Source: Acidobacteriota bacterium (lineage in GTDB: Bacteria; Acidobacteriota; Thermoanaerobaculia; Thermoanaerobaculales; Sulfomarinibacteraceae). Taken from it: a stretch of DNA of 64,000 bases. The stretch spans positions 13,464 through 77,463 of the forward strand of contig JAJDNH010000088.1 in assembly GCA_022340775.1 (NCBI GenBank), in the 5' to 3' direction. A program made the position numbers and the translations under genes. Shown here piece after piece: positions 42,546 through 52,046 of this stretch (its first letter is position 1; every line of letters starts with the position of its first letter). The notes under the pieces were generated by a model, which saw only the letters and a list, made by a program, of their open reading frames with translations, did no database searches and was not told the DNA's origin.

Positions 42546-44093
42546 GTGGCCGACTGGCTCAACCTCGGACAGACCTTCGCGGTCAACGCCTCCAAGCTTC
42601 CCGACAACGTCGCCTTCATGGACGCGACACGACGGTTCACGTTCCCCGAGGCCAACCGGAGGGTCAATCGGCTCGCCAACGCGCTGCTCGGGCTTGGCAT
42701 CGGCAAGGGTGACACCTTCTCCTGCCTGCTCGAAAACTGCATCGAGATCTGCGAGCTCTACGTGGCGGCGGCCAAGATCGGCGCCGTCATCAGCCCGATC
42801 AACTTCCGCCTGACGCCCGGCGAGGTCGCGTTCATTGCCGACAACGCCGACGCCAAGGCGTTGTTCGTGCACGACCAGTTTCGCGAGGTGGCCGACCGAG
42901 TCCGCGCCGACCTGCCCGCGGTCTCCTCCTGGGTCACGATCGGCGAACCCGCAGCCGGCTACACGCCGTACGAACAGCTGCTGGCCTCCGGCAGTGAGGA
43001 GGAGCCCGACGTCGACGTCGCGCCCGCCGATCCCTGGATCCTGCTTTACACCTCGGGCACCACAGGCCGCCCGAAGGGCGTGATCCGGTCCCACGAGAGC
43101 TACGCCGCCTTCTTCCTCATCAACGGCTGCGACTTCCAGTTCTCGTCGCACGACGTGGTGCTGACCGTCATGCCCCTGTGCCACGTCAACACCACGTTCT
43201 TCAGCTTCACGGCGACCTACCTGGGAGGAGCGAACTACATTCACCGGGTCACCGGCTTTGACGCGCGTGAGGTCCTGGGGCTCGTCGAGCGCCACAAGAT
43301 CACGTTCATCTCGCTGATCCCGACCCACTACAACCTGATCCTCTCGCTGCCGCCCGACGCTCTGGCTGCCTATGACCTGAGCTCGATCGAGAAGCTGCTG
43401 TGCTCCAGCGCGCCGGCACGGGTGGAGGATAAGCTGAAGATCATCGACCTGATCAAGGGCGTCCGGCTCTACGAGGGGTACGGCTCCACCGAGGCCGGCA
43501 TCGTGACCACGCTGTTTCCACAGGAGCAGCTGTCGCACCCCGGATCGATCGGCAAGGAGTCGTCGGCGACCCACCTCGTGAAGATCCTCGACGACGATGG
43601 CAACGAGGTCCCCGACGGCACCATCGGCGAGCTGTTCTCGGCCTCGCCGATGATGTTCGACCGCTACCACAAGCTGCCCGAGAAGACTGCCGAGAGCTTC
43701 CGCGGCCGCTACTTCTCGGCCGGCGACATGGCGCGGCGCGACCCCGACGGCTACTTCTACCTCATCGACCGCAAGCACAACATGATCATCACCGGCGGCG
43801 AGCACGTCTACCCGAGCCAGGTGGAATCGGTGATCGCGACCCACCCCGCAGTCTTCGACGTCGCGGTGATCGGGGTGCCGGACCCGAAGTGGTCGGAGAG
43901 GGTGACCGCGATCGTGATCCTACGCGAGGGCGCTGGAGCGTCCGAAGATGAGATCATCGACTACTGCAGGGAGCGGCTGGCCCGCTTCAAGTGCCCGAAG
44001 CAGGTCCGCTTCATTGCCGCCGAGGCGATGCCACGCACCCCGACCGGCAAGATTCTCCACCGCGTCCTTCGCGAGCGCTGGCCGGACGTCTAG
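42546..44093 (+). CDS. AMP-forming acyl-CoA ligase (class I adenylate-forming enzyme)
   Basis: LYTSGTTGRPKGV, EGYGSTE, GDMARRDPDGYFYLIDRKHNMIITGGEHVYP and PRTPTGKI. Confidence 0.9.
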   Translation: MADWLNLGQTFAVNASKLPDNVAFMDATRRFTFPEANRRVNRLANALLGLGIGKGDTFSCLLENCIEICELYVAAAKIGAVISPINFRLTPGEVAFIADNADAKALFVHDQFREVADRVRADLPAVSSWVTIGEPAAGYTPYEQLLASGSEEEPDVDVAPADPWILLYTSGTTGRPKGVIRSHESYAAFFLINGCDFQFSSHDVVLTVMPLCHVNTTFFSFTATYLGGANYIHRVTGFDAREVLGLVERHKITFISLIPTHYNLILSLPPDALAAYDLSSIEKLLCSSAPARVEDKLKIIDLIKGVRLYEGYGSTEAGIVTTLFPQEQLSHPGSIGKESSATHLVKILDDDGNEVPDGTIGELFSASPMMFDRYHKLPEKTAESFRGRYFSAGDMARRDPDGYFYLIDRKHNMIITGGEHVYPSQVESVIATHPAVFDVAVIGVPDPKWSERVTAIVILREGAGASEDEIIDYCRERLARFKCPKQVRFIAAEAMPRTPTGKILHRVLRERWPDV

Positions 44094-44185
44094 CCCGGGT
44101 CATCCGCTCGCGACCCACTGCTACCAACGGTGGCGCTTGGAGAGACTCTGGAAAGGTGGCACAATTGAAGGTAGGAGGGCGGACG

Positions 44186-47100
44186 GTGATCGCATCTTCA
44201 ACACGCGTGCTGCTCAGCACCGGCGGCACGTCGATCTCATCGGGTGAGGGAAGTCTCACGGACGCCTTTCGGCGCGAGCTATCGGCCGAGGAGCTGAACA
44301 AGCGAGTCGAGGTCATCGTCTCCGGAAACACAAGCATCGGCGGAGTCCGGCCGATTGCGCTCATCTACCCGGACGGTGTCTTCTATCAGCGGATCAGGCC
44401 GGCCGACGTGCCCGAGATCGTCCATGAGCACCTGTTTCACGGACGAATCGTCAAGAGGCTGTTTCTCAGGAAGGTCGACGAGGACGAGATGGAATCCGTC
44501 CTCGGCGAGTTCGACCACTACGGCCTGCAGAGGAAGGTGGCCCTGCGGAACTACGGCTCGATCGATCCTGAGAAGATCGACGAATATCTGGCCGTCGGGG
44601 GGTATGAGGCGCTTCGCAAGGTCCTGACCACGATGAGTCCCGACGGGGTGATCCAGGTCATCAAGGACTCGGGCCTCCGCGGGCGGGGTGGCGCCGGCTT
44701 CCCGACGGGCCTCAAATGGGAGCTCGCCTCCCAGGAGGAGTCCGATCGCAAGTACGTCGTCTGCAACGCCGACGAAGGCGATCCCGGCGCCTTCATGGAC
44801 CGGTCGATTCTGGAAGGGGATCCGCACAGCGTCATCGAGGCCATGGCCATCTGCGGCTACTCCATCGGCGCCAACCAAGGGTACGTCTACGTCAGGGCGG
44901 AGTACCCGATCGCGATCCAGAGGTTGGGGACCGCGCTCGACCAGGCACGGGATCGCGGCCTGCTCGGGAAGAACCTGTTCGACTCCGGGTTCGACTTCGA
45001 TGTGGAGATCCGAATCGGTGCGGGCGCTTTCGTCTGCGGCGAGGAGACGGCCCTCATGCGCTCCATCGAGGGGCTGCGCGGGATACCCAAGCCTCGCCCA
45101 CCGTTCCCGGTGCAGAGCGGGCTGTTTGGAAAGCCCACGGTCCTTAACAACGTGGAGACCTTCGCCAACGTCTCGTACATTCTCGCGCACGGGGCGCAGA
45201 CGTTCGCCAGCGTCGGTGAGGGCAGAAGCAAGGGGACCAAGGTCTTCGCCCTGGCAGGGCACGTCAACAATACGGGCCTGATCGAGGTGCCGATGGGAAC
45301 CACGCTCGGCTCGATCATCTACGAGATCGGCGGTGGCATCTCGGGAGGGAACAGGTTCAAGGCGGCTCAGATCGGCGGCCCGTCCGGCGGGTGCATTCCC
45401 AAGGCCTACCTGAATACCCCGGTGACCTATGAATCCCTCCCGGAGTTGGGTGCGATCATGGGCTCGGGCGGGCTGATCATCATGAGCGAGGACCAGTGCA
45501 TGGTCGATCTGGCCCGCTACTTCCTCGATTTCATGAGAGAAGAGTCCTGCGGCAAGTGCCCGCCGTGCCGGATCGGGGTCAAAGTCCTGCTCAATCTTGT
45601 CACCGGCATCTGTGAGGGACGGGGAACCCTGGAAGACCTGGACCGTCTGGAGGATCTCTCCTCGCACATCAACAAGACGGCTCTCTGCGGGCTGGGCCAG
45701 ACCGCACCGAACCCCGTGCTGTCCACATTGCGGCACTTCCGCGAGGAGTACGTTGAGCACATTCGGGACAAGCGCTGCCGCGCCGGAGCGTGTCCCGGGC
45801 TAGTCCACGCCCCCTGCAGCAACTCCTGCCCCGCCTCGGTCAATGTCCCCGCCTACCTCGCGTACGTCGCGGAGGGACGGTTCGACGAGGCTCTACGGAT
45901 CCACCTGCGCAACAACCCGTTCCCCTCGGTGTGCGGCCGCGTCTGTCCGCAGTGGTGCATCAAGAAGTGCCGGCGGAGAGCCCAGGAGGGTCCGCTGGCG
46001 GTGCGGGCGGTCAAGCGTTTCATGGGCGACACCCGGCTCGACTACAGCGACCTGTTCCCGCCGAAATCCGACCCGAACGGCAAGAAGGTGGCAGTTGTCG
46101 GGGCCGGCCCGGCAGGTCTGACATGCGGCTACTACCTGGTCCTCCTCGGATATGAGGTCACCGTCTTCGAGAAGCAGCCGGAGCCGGGCGGCATGCTGCG
46201 CTACGCTATCCCGGAGTACCGTCTGCCGCGCGAGGTGACGGCGGCCGAGATCCGGAACCTCGAGCAGCTTGGCGTGAAGATCCGGACCAGCACCAAGATC
46301 GGTGAGGACCTCACCCTGGCTGACTTGAAAGCCGAGGGTTACGAAGCGTTCTTCCTCGCGACCGGCGCCGGCAAGGAGATCGTTCCCGGCGGCGTCCCCG
46401 GCTTCGACCTCCCGGGAGTGATCCCCGGGATCGCCTACCTGGAGCGAGTCGCCAGCGGAGAGTCTGTGCAGATAGGGAAAAGGGTGCTGATCATCGGTGG
46501 GGGCGACGTCGCCATCGACTGCTCCCGAGTCGTGAAGCGGGGCGGGGCGGAAGAGGTGACGGTGGTCTACCGCCGCACCCGAGAGGAAATGCCCACCAGC
46601 CCAATCGAAATCGCAGAGGCGGAGGTAGAAGGCGTCCAGGTGCAGTTGTTGGCCTCGCCTGTCGCCGTGGAGCACACCGCCGACGGCCGACTCCTCGTCA
46701 CGATCCAGCGGATGAGACTGGGTTCTTTCGACGACTCGGGCAGGCGCCGGCCGGAGCCGATCGAGGACTCCGAGTACACGACGGAGGTCGATACCGTCAT
46801 CCTGGCCGTCGGGCAGAAGGCCGACGTCGAAGGCGTCATTCTCGGAACGGAGCTGGAGCCGCTTGGAAACCGCATCGGTGCGGACTCGAGGACGGGAGCC
46901 ACCGCTGCTCGGGACATCTTCGCCGGGGGCGACCTCGTCACGGGATCCGCCACCGTCATCGAGGCGATCGCGGCCGGTCAGCGCGCCGCCAAGAGCATCG
47001 ATCAGATGTTCTTCCCGGGCGAGCGCTTCTACTTCTGGGAGGAGCTGCCCCTGCCGGACGTGGCTGTCGATCTGGAGAGGGGAATCAACGAAGAGCCGCC

Positions 47101-47248
47101 CGTCCAGCCGCCGATGCTGTCGCCCGAGGAACGTTGGGTCAGCGTTGAGGTCGAGAAGACGATCTCCCGGGAAGATGCCATGCACGAGGCGTCCAGGTGC
47201 CTCCGCTGTGACTACAAGGGAGAGCCCTCGGACTCCCCGCCTCACTGA
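44186..47248 (+). CDS. multidomain flavoprotein: thioredoxin-like N-domain + NuoF-like (FMN/NADH, 4Fe-4S) + GltD-like FAD/NAD(P)H oxidoreductase
   Basis: GTG 44186 follows AGGAGGG. GRGGAGFPTGLKWE, CGKCPPCR, CPASVNVPAYL and VAVVGAGPAGLTCGYYL...GGMLRYAIPEYRLP. Confidence 0.85.
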   Translation: MIASSTRVLLSTGGTSISSGEGSLTDAFRRELSAEELNKRVEVIVSGNTSIGGVRPIALIYPDGVFYQRIRPADVPEIVHEHLFHGRIVKRLFLRKVDEDEMESVLGEFDHYGLQRKVALRNYGSIDPEKIDEYLAVGGYEALRKVLTTMSPDGVIQVIKDSGLRGRGGAGFPTGLKWELASQEESDRKYVVCNADEGDPGAFMDRSILEGDPHSVIEAMAICGYSIGANQGYVYVRAEYPIAIQRLGTALDQARDRGLLGKNLFDSGFDFDVEIRIGAGAFVCGEETALMRSIEGLRGIPKPRPPFPVQSGLFGKPTVLNNVETFANVSYILAHGAQTFASVGEGRSKGTKVFALAGHVNNTGLIEVPMGTTLGSIIYEIGGGISGGNRFKAAQIGGPSGGCIPKAYLNTPVTYESLPELGAIMGSGGLIIMSEDQCMVDLARYFLDFMREESCGKCPPCRIGVKVLLNLVTGICEGRGTLEDLDRLEDLSSHINKTALCGLGQTAPNPVLSTLRHFREEYVEHIRDKRCRAGACPGLVHAPCSNSCPASVNVPAYLAYVAEGRFDEALRIHLRNNPFPSVCGRVCPQWCIKKCRRRAQEGPLAVRAVKRFMGDTRLDYSDLFPPKSDPNGKKVAVVGAGPAGLTCGYYLVLLGYEVTVFEKQPEPGGMLRYAIPEYRLPREVTAAEIRNLEQLGVKIRTSTKIGEDLTLADLKAEGYEAFFLATGAGKEIVPGGVPGFDLPGVIPGIAYLERVASGESVQIGKRVLIIGGGDVAIDCSRVVKRGGAEEVTVVYRRTREEMPTSPIEIAEAEVEGVQVQLLASPVAVEHTADGRLLVTIQRMRLGSFDDSGRRRPEPIEDSEYTTEVDTVILAVGQKADVEGVILGTELEPLGNRIGADSRTGATAARDIFAGGDLVTGSATVIEAIAAGQRAAKSIDQMFFPGERFYFWEELPLPDVAVDLERGINEEPPVQPPMLSPEERWVSVEVEKTISREDAMHEASRCLRCDYKGEPSDSPPH

Positions 47249-47267
47249 GCCAGTCACTCGGCAAGAT

Positions 47268-47406
47268 CCCCCGCAGCGCGCTGCGCCCACATTCTCCGGC
47301 TGGGCGGGGAACTCCGTTACCCCGTCACTCCGTTACTGCGTCACTCCGTCACCGGGTGGGCGGGGGAACCTCATCACCTAATCACTCAATTACTTAATCA
47401 CTTCCC
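47268..47406 (+). repeat. Palindrome GCAGCGCGCTGC plus two G-box/word cassettes between convergent genes
   Basis: CCCGCAGCGCGCTGCGCCCACATTCTCC, then CTCCGTTACCCCGTCACTCCGTTACTGCGTCACTCCGTCA and CCTCATCACCTAATCACTCAATTACTTAATCAC cassettes. Confidence 0.8.
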
Positions 47407-47408
47407 TC

Positions 47409-49490
47409 TCACACCGTGAGTGTCTTCTTCGCCAGGCCGCCGATGACTCCCGATCGGCACTCGCGCCCGGTCATGAAGCCGCCCGAGTGGCGGGCCTGAA
47501 CCTCCAGCGCCTCGGCCAGGGTCGCCTCACAGGCGGCACGAATCGTCTCGACGATGGCCTGGCGCGCCGCCGGGCTCGCGGTGCCGGTCAGCTTGGGCAG
47601 CTCGCGTGTGACGCCCTCCAGCCGTCCTTCGGCCACGGCACGCTCTGCGGGCAACTGGCCGGTCCCCGTGGCGATGCGCCACGCTGCCCGGAAAGCCCCC
47701 TTGCCCGGCTCGGCGACGTCCACCAGCCAGCCGACGGCGTCCTCCGCCGCCACCTGCCCACCCTCGAGCAGGAGCCGGAGGAGGTGTGGCCACTGCCCGG
47801 GTCTGGTCTTACGGAACGGCCAGTGGCAGCCCTCCATCCCGGGGATCACGGGCAACGTGACCTCGGGCATGCCGAGCTCTGCGCTGTCGGCTGCCACCAG
47901 GTAGCGGCAGTGCATCATCAGCTCGAGCATGCCGCCGAGGCAGCGCTTGCCGCCGATGAAACCGACCGAGACCGCGAACTCGTCGTGCAGCCGGCGGACG
48001 GTGGCCGACCAGCTGCGCGAGATCGCATACCCGGCCTGTTCGTCCTCGAGCGCGGGGAAGAACTCGGTGGTGTCGGCGCCGACCATCTGGGTCGACAGGT
48101 GGAAGTCACCGCTGACGATGACGCGCTCGATCCCCTCATCCTTCAGCCAGTCGATCGCACGGTTGAGCTCGACGTCAACGTCACTCGAGTAGCTCTCGCG
48201 GCTGATGCTGATGACGCCTACCGTGCCGTCGTGCTCGGCGTTGACGTAGAGCTGCTGCCACTCGGGCGACTGGAGGCGCTCCAGCGCCTCCGGGTGCCAC
48301 GGGCTTGCCGCGGCCGCCGGGTCGAGGACGTGGTACGCCTCCACGGTACGGATTCCCGCGGCGGCCCCGGCCCCACGCAACACCGCCGGCATGCCGCGGC
48401 CGAACTGCGCACACAGCTCACCGATGGCGTTCATCAGCGCGAGGTGGGAGCGCTGCTCCTGGACCATGAGCGCGGTCATCTGGTACAGCGGCCCCAGGAT
48501 CCGAGTCGCCAGCTCGTCCTCGCCGGCGGCATCCAGGCTCCAGTTCACGAGCGGCCGGAAGTGGTTCGGCGGGTACCAGTCCCGGCCGCTGTCCTTGCGC
48601 TCGACCAGGGACGGCGCGGGCTCGAAGAGGCCGCCGTACTGCTTACCGAGGTGGTGCAGGCACGACCAGGTCAGGAAGTTGGCGCCCTTCGCGCCGATCG
48701 CATCGTGGGCCCGGAACGGGTTCGGGCCGAGCAGCCGCCGCACGTATTTGTCCACCTTCCAAAACGGCATGTTGGTGGCCTCGTGGTAGCGCACCGCCGC
48801 CAGCGTCAGACCGCAAAACAGCACGTCGAGCACGAACGACCAGTGGTCGCTCACAGGTACCGGCAGCAGGCCGAGGGCCCACAGCAGCTGGGTCACGGCG
48901 GACGGCTCGGGCTCGACGGTCTCGAAGACTTTGTTGATCTGGTGCGGGAACGCCGGGTGTGCGATGCCTACCCCGAGCGCCGAGCGCGGAAAGCCGGAGG
49001 TCACGGAGCGGATCTCGATCCCGGGAAAAGCCTCCCGGAAAACGTCGTAGTGGGCCTTCTTGATCTCCAGGACCTCGGGCACCGCCTCGAGCAGGAAACG
49101 GGGGCGCAGACCGGCCAGGGCCTCCGGCAGGTGTTTGCCGTCGTAGCGCAGTTGGACGACGTTGGCCATCACCTCGGCCGCCCGTCCGCGCCCGAACGCC
49201 TGTGCCAGGCCCGGGTACTGGCGCCCGATCCCGTCCGGCGCGCCCGGAAAGTCGAGTGCCACGATCGGCACGCCGTACGGCTCGAGACGGGCGCCGAGCT
49301 GCATCGTCTTACCGGCGCCGACGATGCCGTTGGCGCCGGAGATGACCAGCGCCCCGCGTTCGTCGGCGGGCCCGAAGACGCGGTCCACGAGCTCGCCAGC
49401 GGTGGCGGGCAGGGCGCCGCGCGAGAAGATCCCGTGCACGGTGCCGAGGCCGAGGGTTTCCAGGGTCGACGATCGCATCGCGGTGGTCAT
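47409..49490 (-). CDS. fusion protein: 3-hydroxyacyl-CoA dehydrogenase-like N-half + enoyl-CoA hydratase (crotonase)-like C-half
   Basis: 693 aa. Rossmann GANGIVGAGKTM and the 3HCDH-like LWALGLLPV...PFRAHDAIG. The C-half reads GVISISRE...GKRCLGGMLELMMHCRYLVAA...LGMPEVTLPVIPG. Both halves are diverged. Confidence 0.6.
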   Translation of the reverse strand: MTTAMRSSTLETLGLGTVHGIFSRGALPATAGELVDRVFGPADERGALVISGANGIVGAGKTMQLGARLEPYGVPIVALDFPGAPDGIGRQYPGLAQAFGRGRAAEVMANVVQLRYDGKHLPEALAGLRPRFLLEAVPEVLEIKKAHYDVFREAFPGIEIRSVTSGFPRSALGVGIAHPAFPHQINKVFETVEPEPSAVTQLLWALGLLPVPVSDHWSFVLDVLFCGLTLAAVRYHEATNMPFWKVDKYVRRLLGPNPFRAHDAIGAKGANFLTWSCLHHLGKQYGGLFEPAPSLVERKDSGRDWYPPNHFRPLVNWSLDAAGEDELATRILGPLYQMTALMVQEQRSHLALMNAIGELCAQFGRGMPAVLRGAGAAAGIRTVEAYHVLDPAAAASPWHPEALERLQSPEWQQLYVNAEHDGTVGVISISRESYSSDVDVELNRAIDWLKDEGIERVIVSGDFHLSTQMVGADTTEFFPALEDEQAGYAISRSWSATVRRLHDEFAVSVGFIGGKRCLGGMLELMMHCRYLVAADSAELGMPEVTLPVIPGMEGCHWPFRKTRPGQWPHLLRLLLEGGQVAAEDAVGWLVDVAEPGKGAFRAAWRIATGTGQLPAERAVAEGRLEGVTRELPKLTGTASPAARQAIVETIRAACEATLAEALEVQARHSGGFMTGRECRSGVIGGLAKKTLTV

Positions 49491-50701
49491 CGTTGCCGCC
49501 CTCCCTCCGAAACCTCCAGGATCGCCGCGATCCCGACGTCGCCGGCGGCGCAGCCGAACAGCAGCACGTAGCCGCCGCCGAGATCGACCGACTCCTCGAG
49601 CGCCTCGATCAGCAGCCGCGTCAGGGTCGGGCCCTGCGGGTGCCCCCAGACCAGCGAGCAGCCGCTCCTGTTCATCGTCTCCCAGTCACAGTCGAGCAGC
49701 TTGGCGAAGATCGCGTCGTTGACCGCGAACGGGTTGTGGTTCTTGATCACCGCCATGTCGCGGATGCCGAGGCCGGTCTGGTCGAAGAGCTTCTGCACCG
49801 CCAGCGCCGGCGCCTCCGGCATCAGGCTCGGCGAGGTCCGCAGAGCGGTCTTGGCGACCAGGCGGATGTCGATCTCCGGCCGCGGACTCAGCTCAGCGAC
49901 CTTGTCGCGGTCGCACACCAGCAGGCAGGCCATGCCGTCGGAGGCATGCGTCTGGGTGCCAGCGGTGACGCAGGTGTCGAGCTCCCGCATCCCGCGCAGG
50001 GCGCCGGCGGTCAGCCGCCGCACGCCGGTGTCGTCATCGACGACCCCCATCACCCTGCCCTGCATGTTGAGGACCTCGAGCGGCACCAGCACTCGGTCCA
50101 GAAAGCCCGACTCCCGGGCCTCGAAGTACTGCTGGTAGCGACACAGGGTGATGTCGTCAACCTCGGCGCGCTGGATACCGTACTTGCGCGCCGCCAGCCC
50201 CGCGGTGGCGATCATCGCGTTGCCGGTCGCGGGATCGAACCCGAAGTTGTCCCAGACGTCGGCCAGCGCCTCGGTGCGACGGTACCCGCGCCGCTCCGGG
50301 AACACCCCCACCGGCGAGTCGCTGGTACGGTCGAAGGTCAGCACCCCGACCGTCTCGTTGCCGCCGCCGTCGACCTCGGCGGCGGCCAGGAAGACCGCCT
50401 GCAGGCCGGTTGCGCAGGCCTGCTCGAGGTGGAAGCCGGGAACTCGGCGTCCGAGGCAGCTCGCCACCAGCGGCGCGTTCCAGAACTTCCAGTGCCAGGG
50501 AACGGTCGAGCCGATCACCAGGTAGTCGAGGTGCTCGGCGCGCACCCTCCTCAGGCCGAGAATGCGGTTCATGGCCTCGCCCGCGAACTGGCCGATGTTG
50601 ACCTCGGCCAGGGCCGAGGTCTGCCAGGCGGGGAAGTAGCTGCTGCCCCAAGCTCCGTACGGGATCCTGGCCCGGGAGAAGGCCTCGAGGTGTTCGCCCA
50701 T
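49487..50701 (-). CDS. thiolase-family protein
   Basis: LEQACATGLQAVFLAA (active-site Cys region), NHNPFAVNDA and GCAAGDVG. ATGA overlap with the downstream fusion gene. Confidence 0.75.
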   Translation of the reverse strand: MGEHLEAFSRARIPYGAWGSSYFPAWQTSALAEVNIGQFAGEAMNRILGLRRVRAEHLDYLVIGSTVPWHWKFWNAPLVASCLGRRVPGFHLEQACATGLQAVFLAAAEVDGGGNETVGVLTFDRTSDSPVGVFPERRGYRRTEALADVWDNFGFDPATGNAMIATAGLAARKYGIQRAEVDDITLCRYQQYFEARESGFLDRVLVPLEVLNMQGRVMGVVDDDTGVRRLTAGALRGMRELDTCVTAGTQTHASDGMACLLVCDRDKVAELSPRPEIDIRLVAKTALRTSPSLMPEAPALAVQKLFDQTGLGIRDMAVIKNHNPFAVNDAIFAKLLDCDWETMNRSGCSLVWGHPQGPTLTRLLIEALEESVDLGGGYVLLFGCAAGDVGIAAILEVSEGGRQR

Positions 50702-50777
50702 TCCTACCCCCTGTTCAGCTGCGATGAGCTTTCGGTCCTGTTGACGACCGGAAGCATCAGAGGTCGGCTCCGGCCCG

Positions 50778-51725
50778 TCACACCTCCAGCAGGGTGTCCG
50801 AGCACTTGATCGTCAGCGCCGAGAAGTCCCGCCCCCCTGTCGCCTTGAAGCCGTCCCATTCATAGAACCCCTTACCGGCCTTGACGCCGAACTCGCCGTT
50901 CTTGAACATCCGCGCGAGGATCGCCGGCGGGTAGTAACGGGGGTCCTGAGTCGCCAGGTACATCGCCATCGCGACGCGGTACATGGTGTCGTTGCCGATG
51001 AAGTCGGAGAGCTTGAAGACGCCCTGGGGGTGCCCCAGGCTCCCCTTCAGCCCGCGGTCGCCGTCCTCGACGGTGATCTCGCCCCGCTCGAGCGCCCGGT
51101 ATGCCTCGAGCATGAACGGCACCAGGTGCTTGTTGACCCAGAAGCCGGTGACGTCACTGGCAACGAACGGGTCCTTGCCGAGGCCGCGCAGGATCTCCAG
51201 GGTCATGCCGAGGGTTGAGTCGGCGATGTCGCTGTGCCGAACGACCTCGACTGCCGGCATCTGGTAGACGGGGTTCATGCCGTGGGTGCCGACAAAGCGG
51301 TCCGGTCGGCCGGCCGCTACGCCCATGGTGTGCACGCTCAGCGACGAGGTGTTGGTCCAGATCATCGCGGCGTCGGGAAGGTGGGGCGCCAGCCGGGACA
51401 GGACCTCGCACTTCAGACCCAGATCCTCGAGGATGACCTCGAGCAGGACCTGGCACGAGCCGAGCTGGGAGATCAGCTCCTCTTCGGACCCGACGACCGT
51501 GAGCCGGCCGGCAGCCTGCTCAGCGAAACCCTCTTCCTCGGGATGACGCTTCTTGGCGACCCAGCCGAGAGCCTTGGCGAGGGACTTCGGCGCCCTGTCG
51601 CGGGCTTCGGGCACGGTGTCGAAGCCCACCACCTCATAGCCGCCTTCGACCAGGTTGGCGATCCAATCGACTCCCATCTTCCCGAGACCGATGACGGCAA
51701 AACGCTTGACATCCGACACTTGCAT
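50778..51725 (-). CDS. 3-hydroxyacyl-CoA dehydrogenase (NAD-binding, HBD-like)
   Basis: Start trimmed to ATG 51725. FAVIGLGKMGVDWI, EVILEDLGLK, NTSSLSV and HGMNPVYQMPAVEV. The 634-aa track ORF is a read-through. Confidence 0.85.
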   Translation of the reverse strand: MQVSDVKRFAVIGLGKMGVDWIANLVEGGYEVVGFDTVPEARDRAPKSLAKALGWVAKKRHPEEEGFAEQAAGRLTVVGSEEELISQLGSCQVLLEVILEDLGLKCEVLSRLAPHLPDAAMIWTNTSSLSVHTMGVAAGRPDRFVGTHGMNPVYQMPAVEVVRHSDIADSTLGMTLEILRGLGKDPFVASDVTGFWVNKHLVPFMLEAYRALERGEITVEDGDRGLKGSLGHPQGVFKLSDFIGNDTMYRVAMAMYLATQDPRYYPPAILARMFKNGEFGVKAGKGFYEWDGFKATGGRDFSALTIKCSDTLLEV

Positions 51726-51841
51726 GAGGCTCTTCCTTTCCCGTCCTGGGCCTTCCGCAGGCCCTTCCGTCTTGAGACAACCAACTGTTGCAGACCCTCG
51801 GAGAGTACACCGAACGCCCGACGCGAGGCAACCGGGAAGGA

Positions 51842-51963
51842 GCGCAAGACGCAAGACCGAAGACGCAAGACGAAGCGAAGAACGGCCTTTGCGACTCAAC
51901 CGCCCGGACGTCTGCTCAGGGTGGGCGGGGATCTCCGTCACTCCGTCACCGGGTGGGTGGGAG
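51842..51963. repeat. Mixed-orientation cassettes in a divergent promoter region
   Basis: GCAAGACGCAAGACCGAAGACGCAAGACGAAGC is the reverse of the GTCTTGC words. It is followed by the forward GGGTGGGCGGGGATCTCCGTCACTCCGTCACCGGGTGGGTGGG. Confidence 0.75.
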
Positions 51964-51976
51964 GCAAGGCTTCCCC

Positions 51977-52027
51977 TTGACAGCCCCCCGGGGCCCGCCG
52001 CATACTGATATTCGAACGAACGTTCGA
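51977..52027 (+). promoter_or_regulatory. Promoter plus 16-bp palindromic operator upstream of tetR
   Basis: TTGACA (51977-51982), N18, CATACT (52001-52006). TCGAACG-AA-CGTTCGA lies at 52012-52027, about 20 nt before the tetR ATG. Confidence 0.5.
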
Positions 52028-52046
52028 TCGAGAGGAGCGATCCCCG

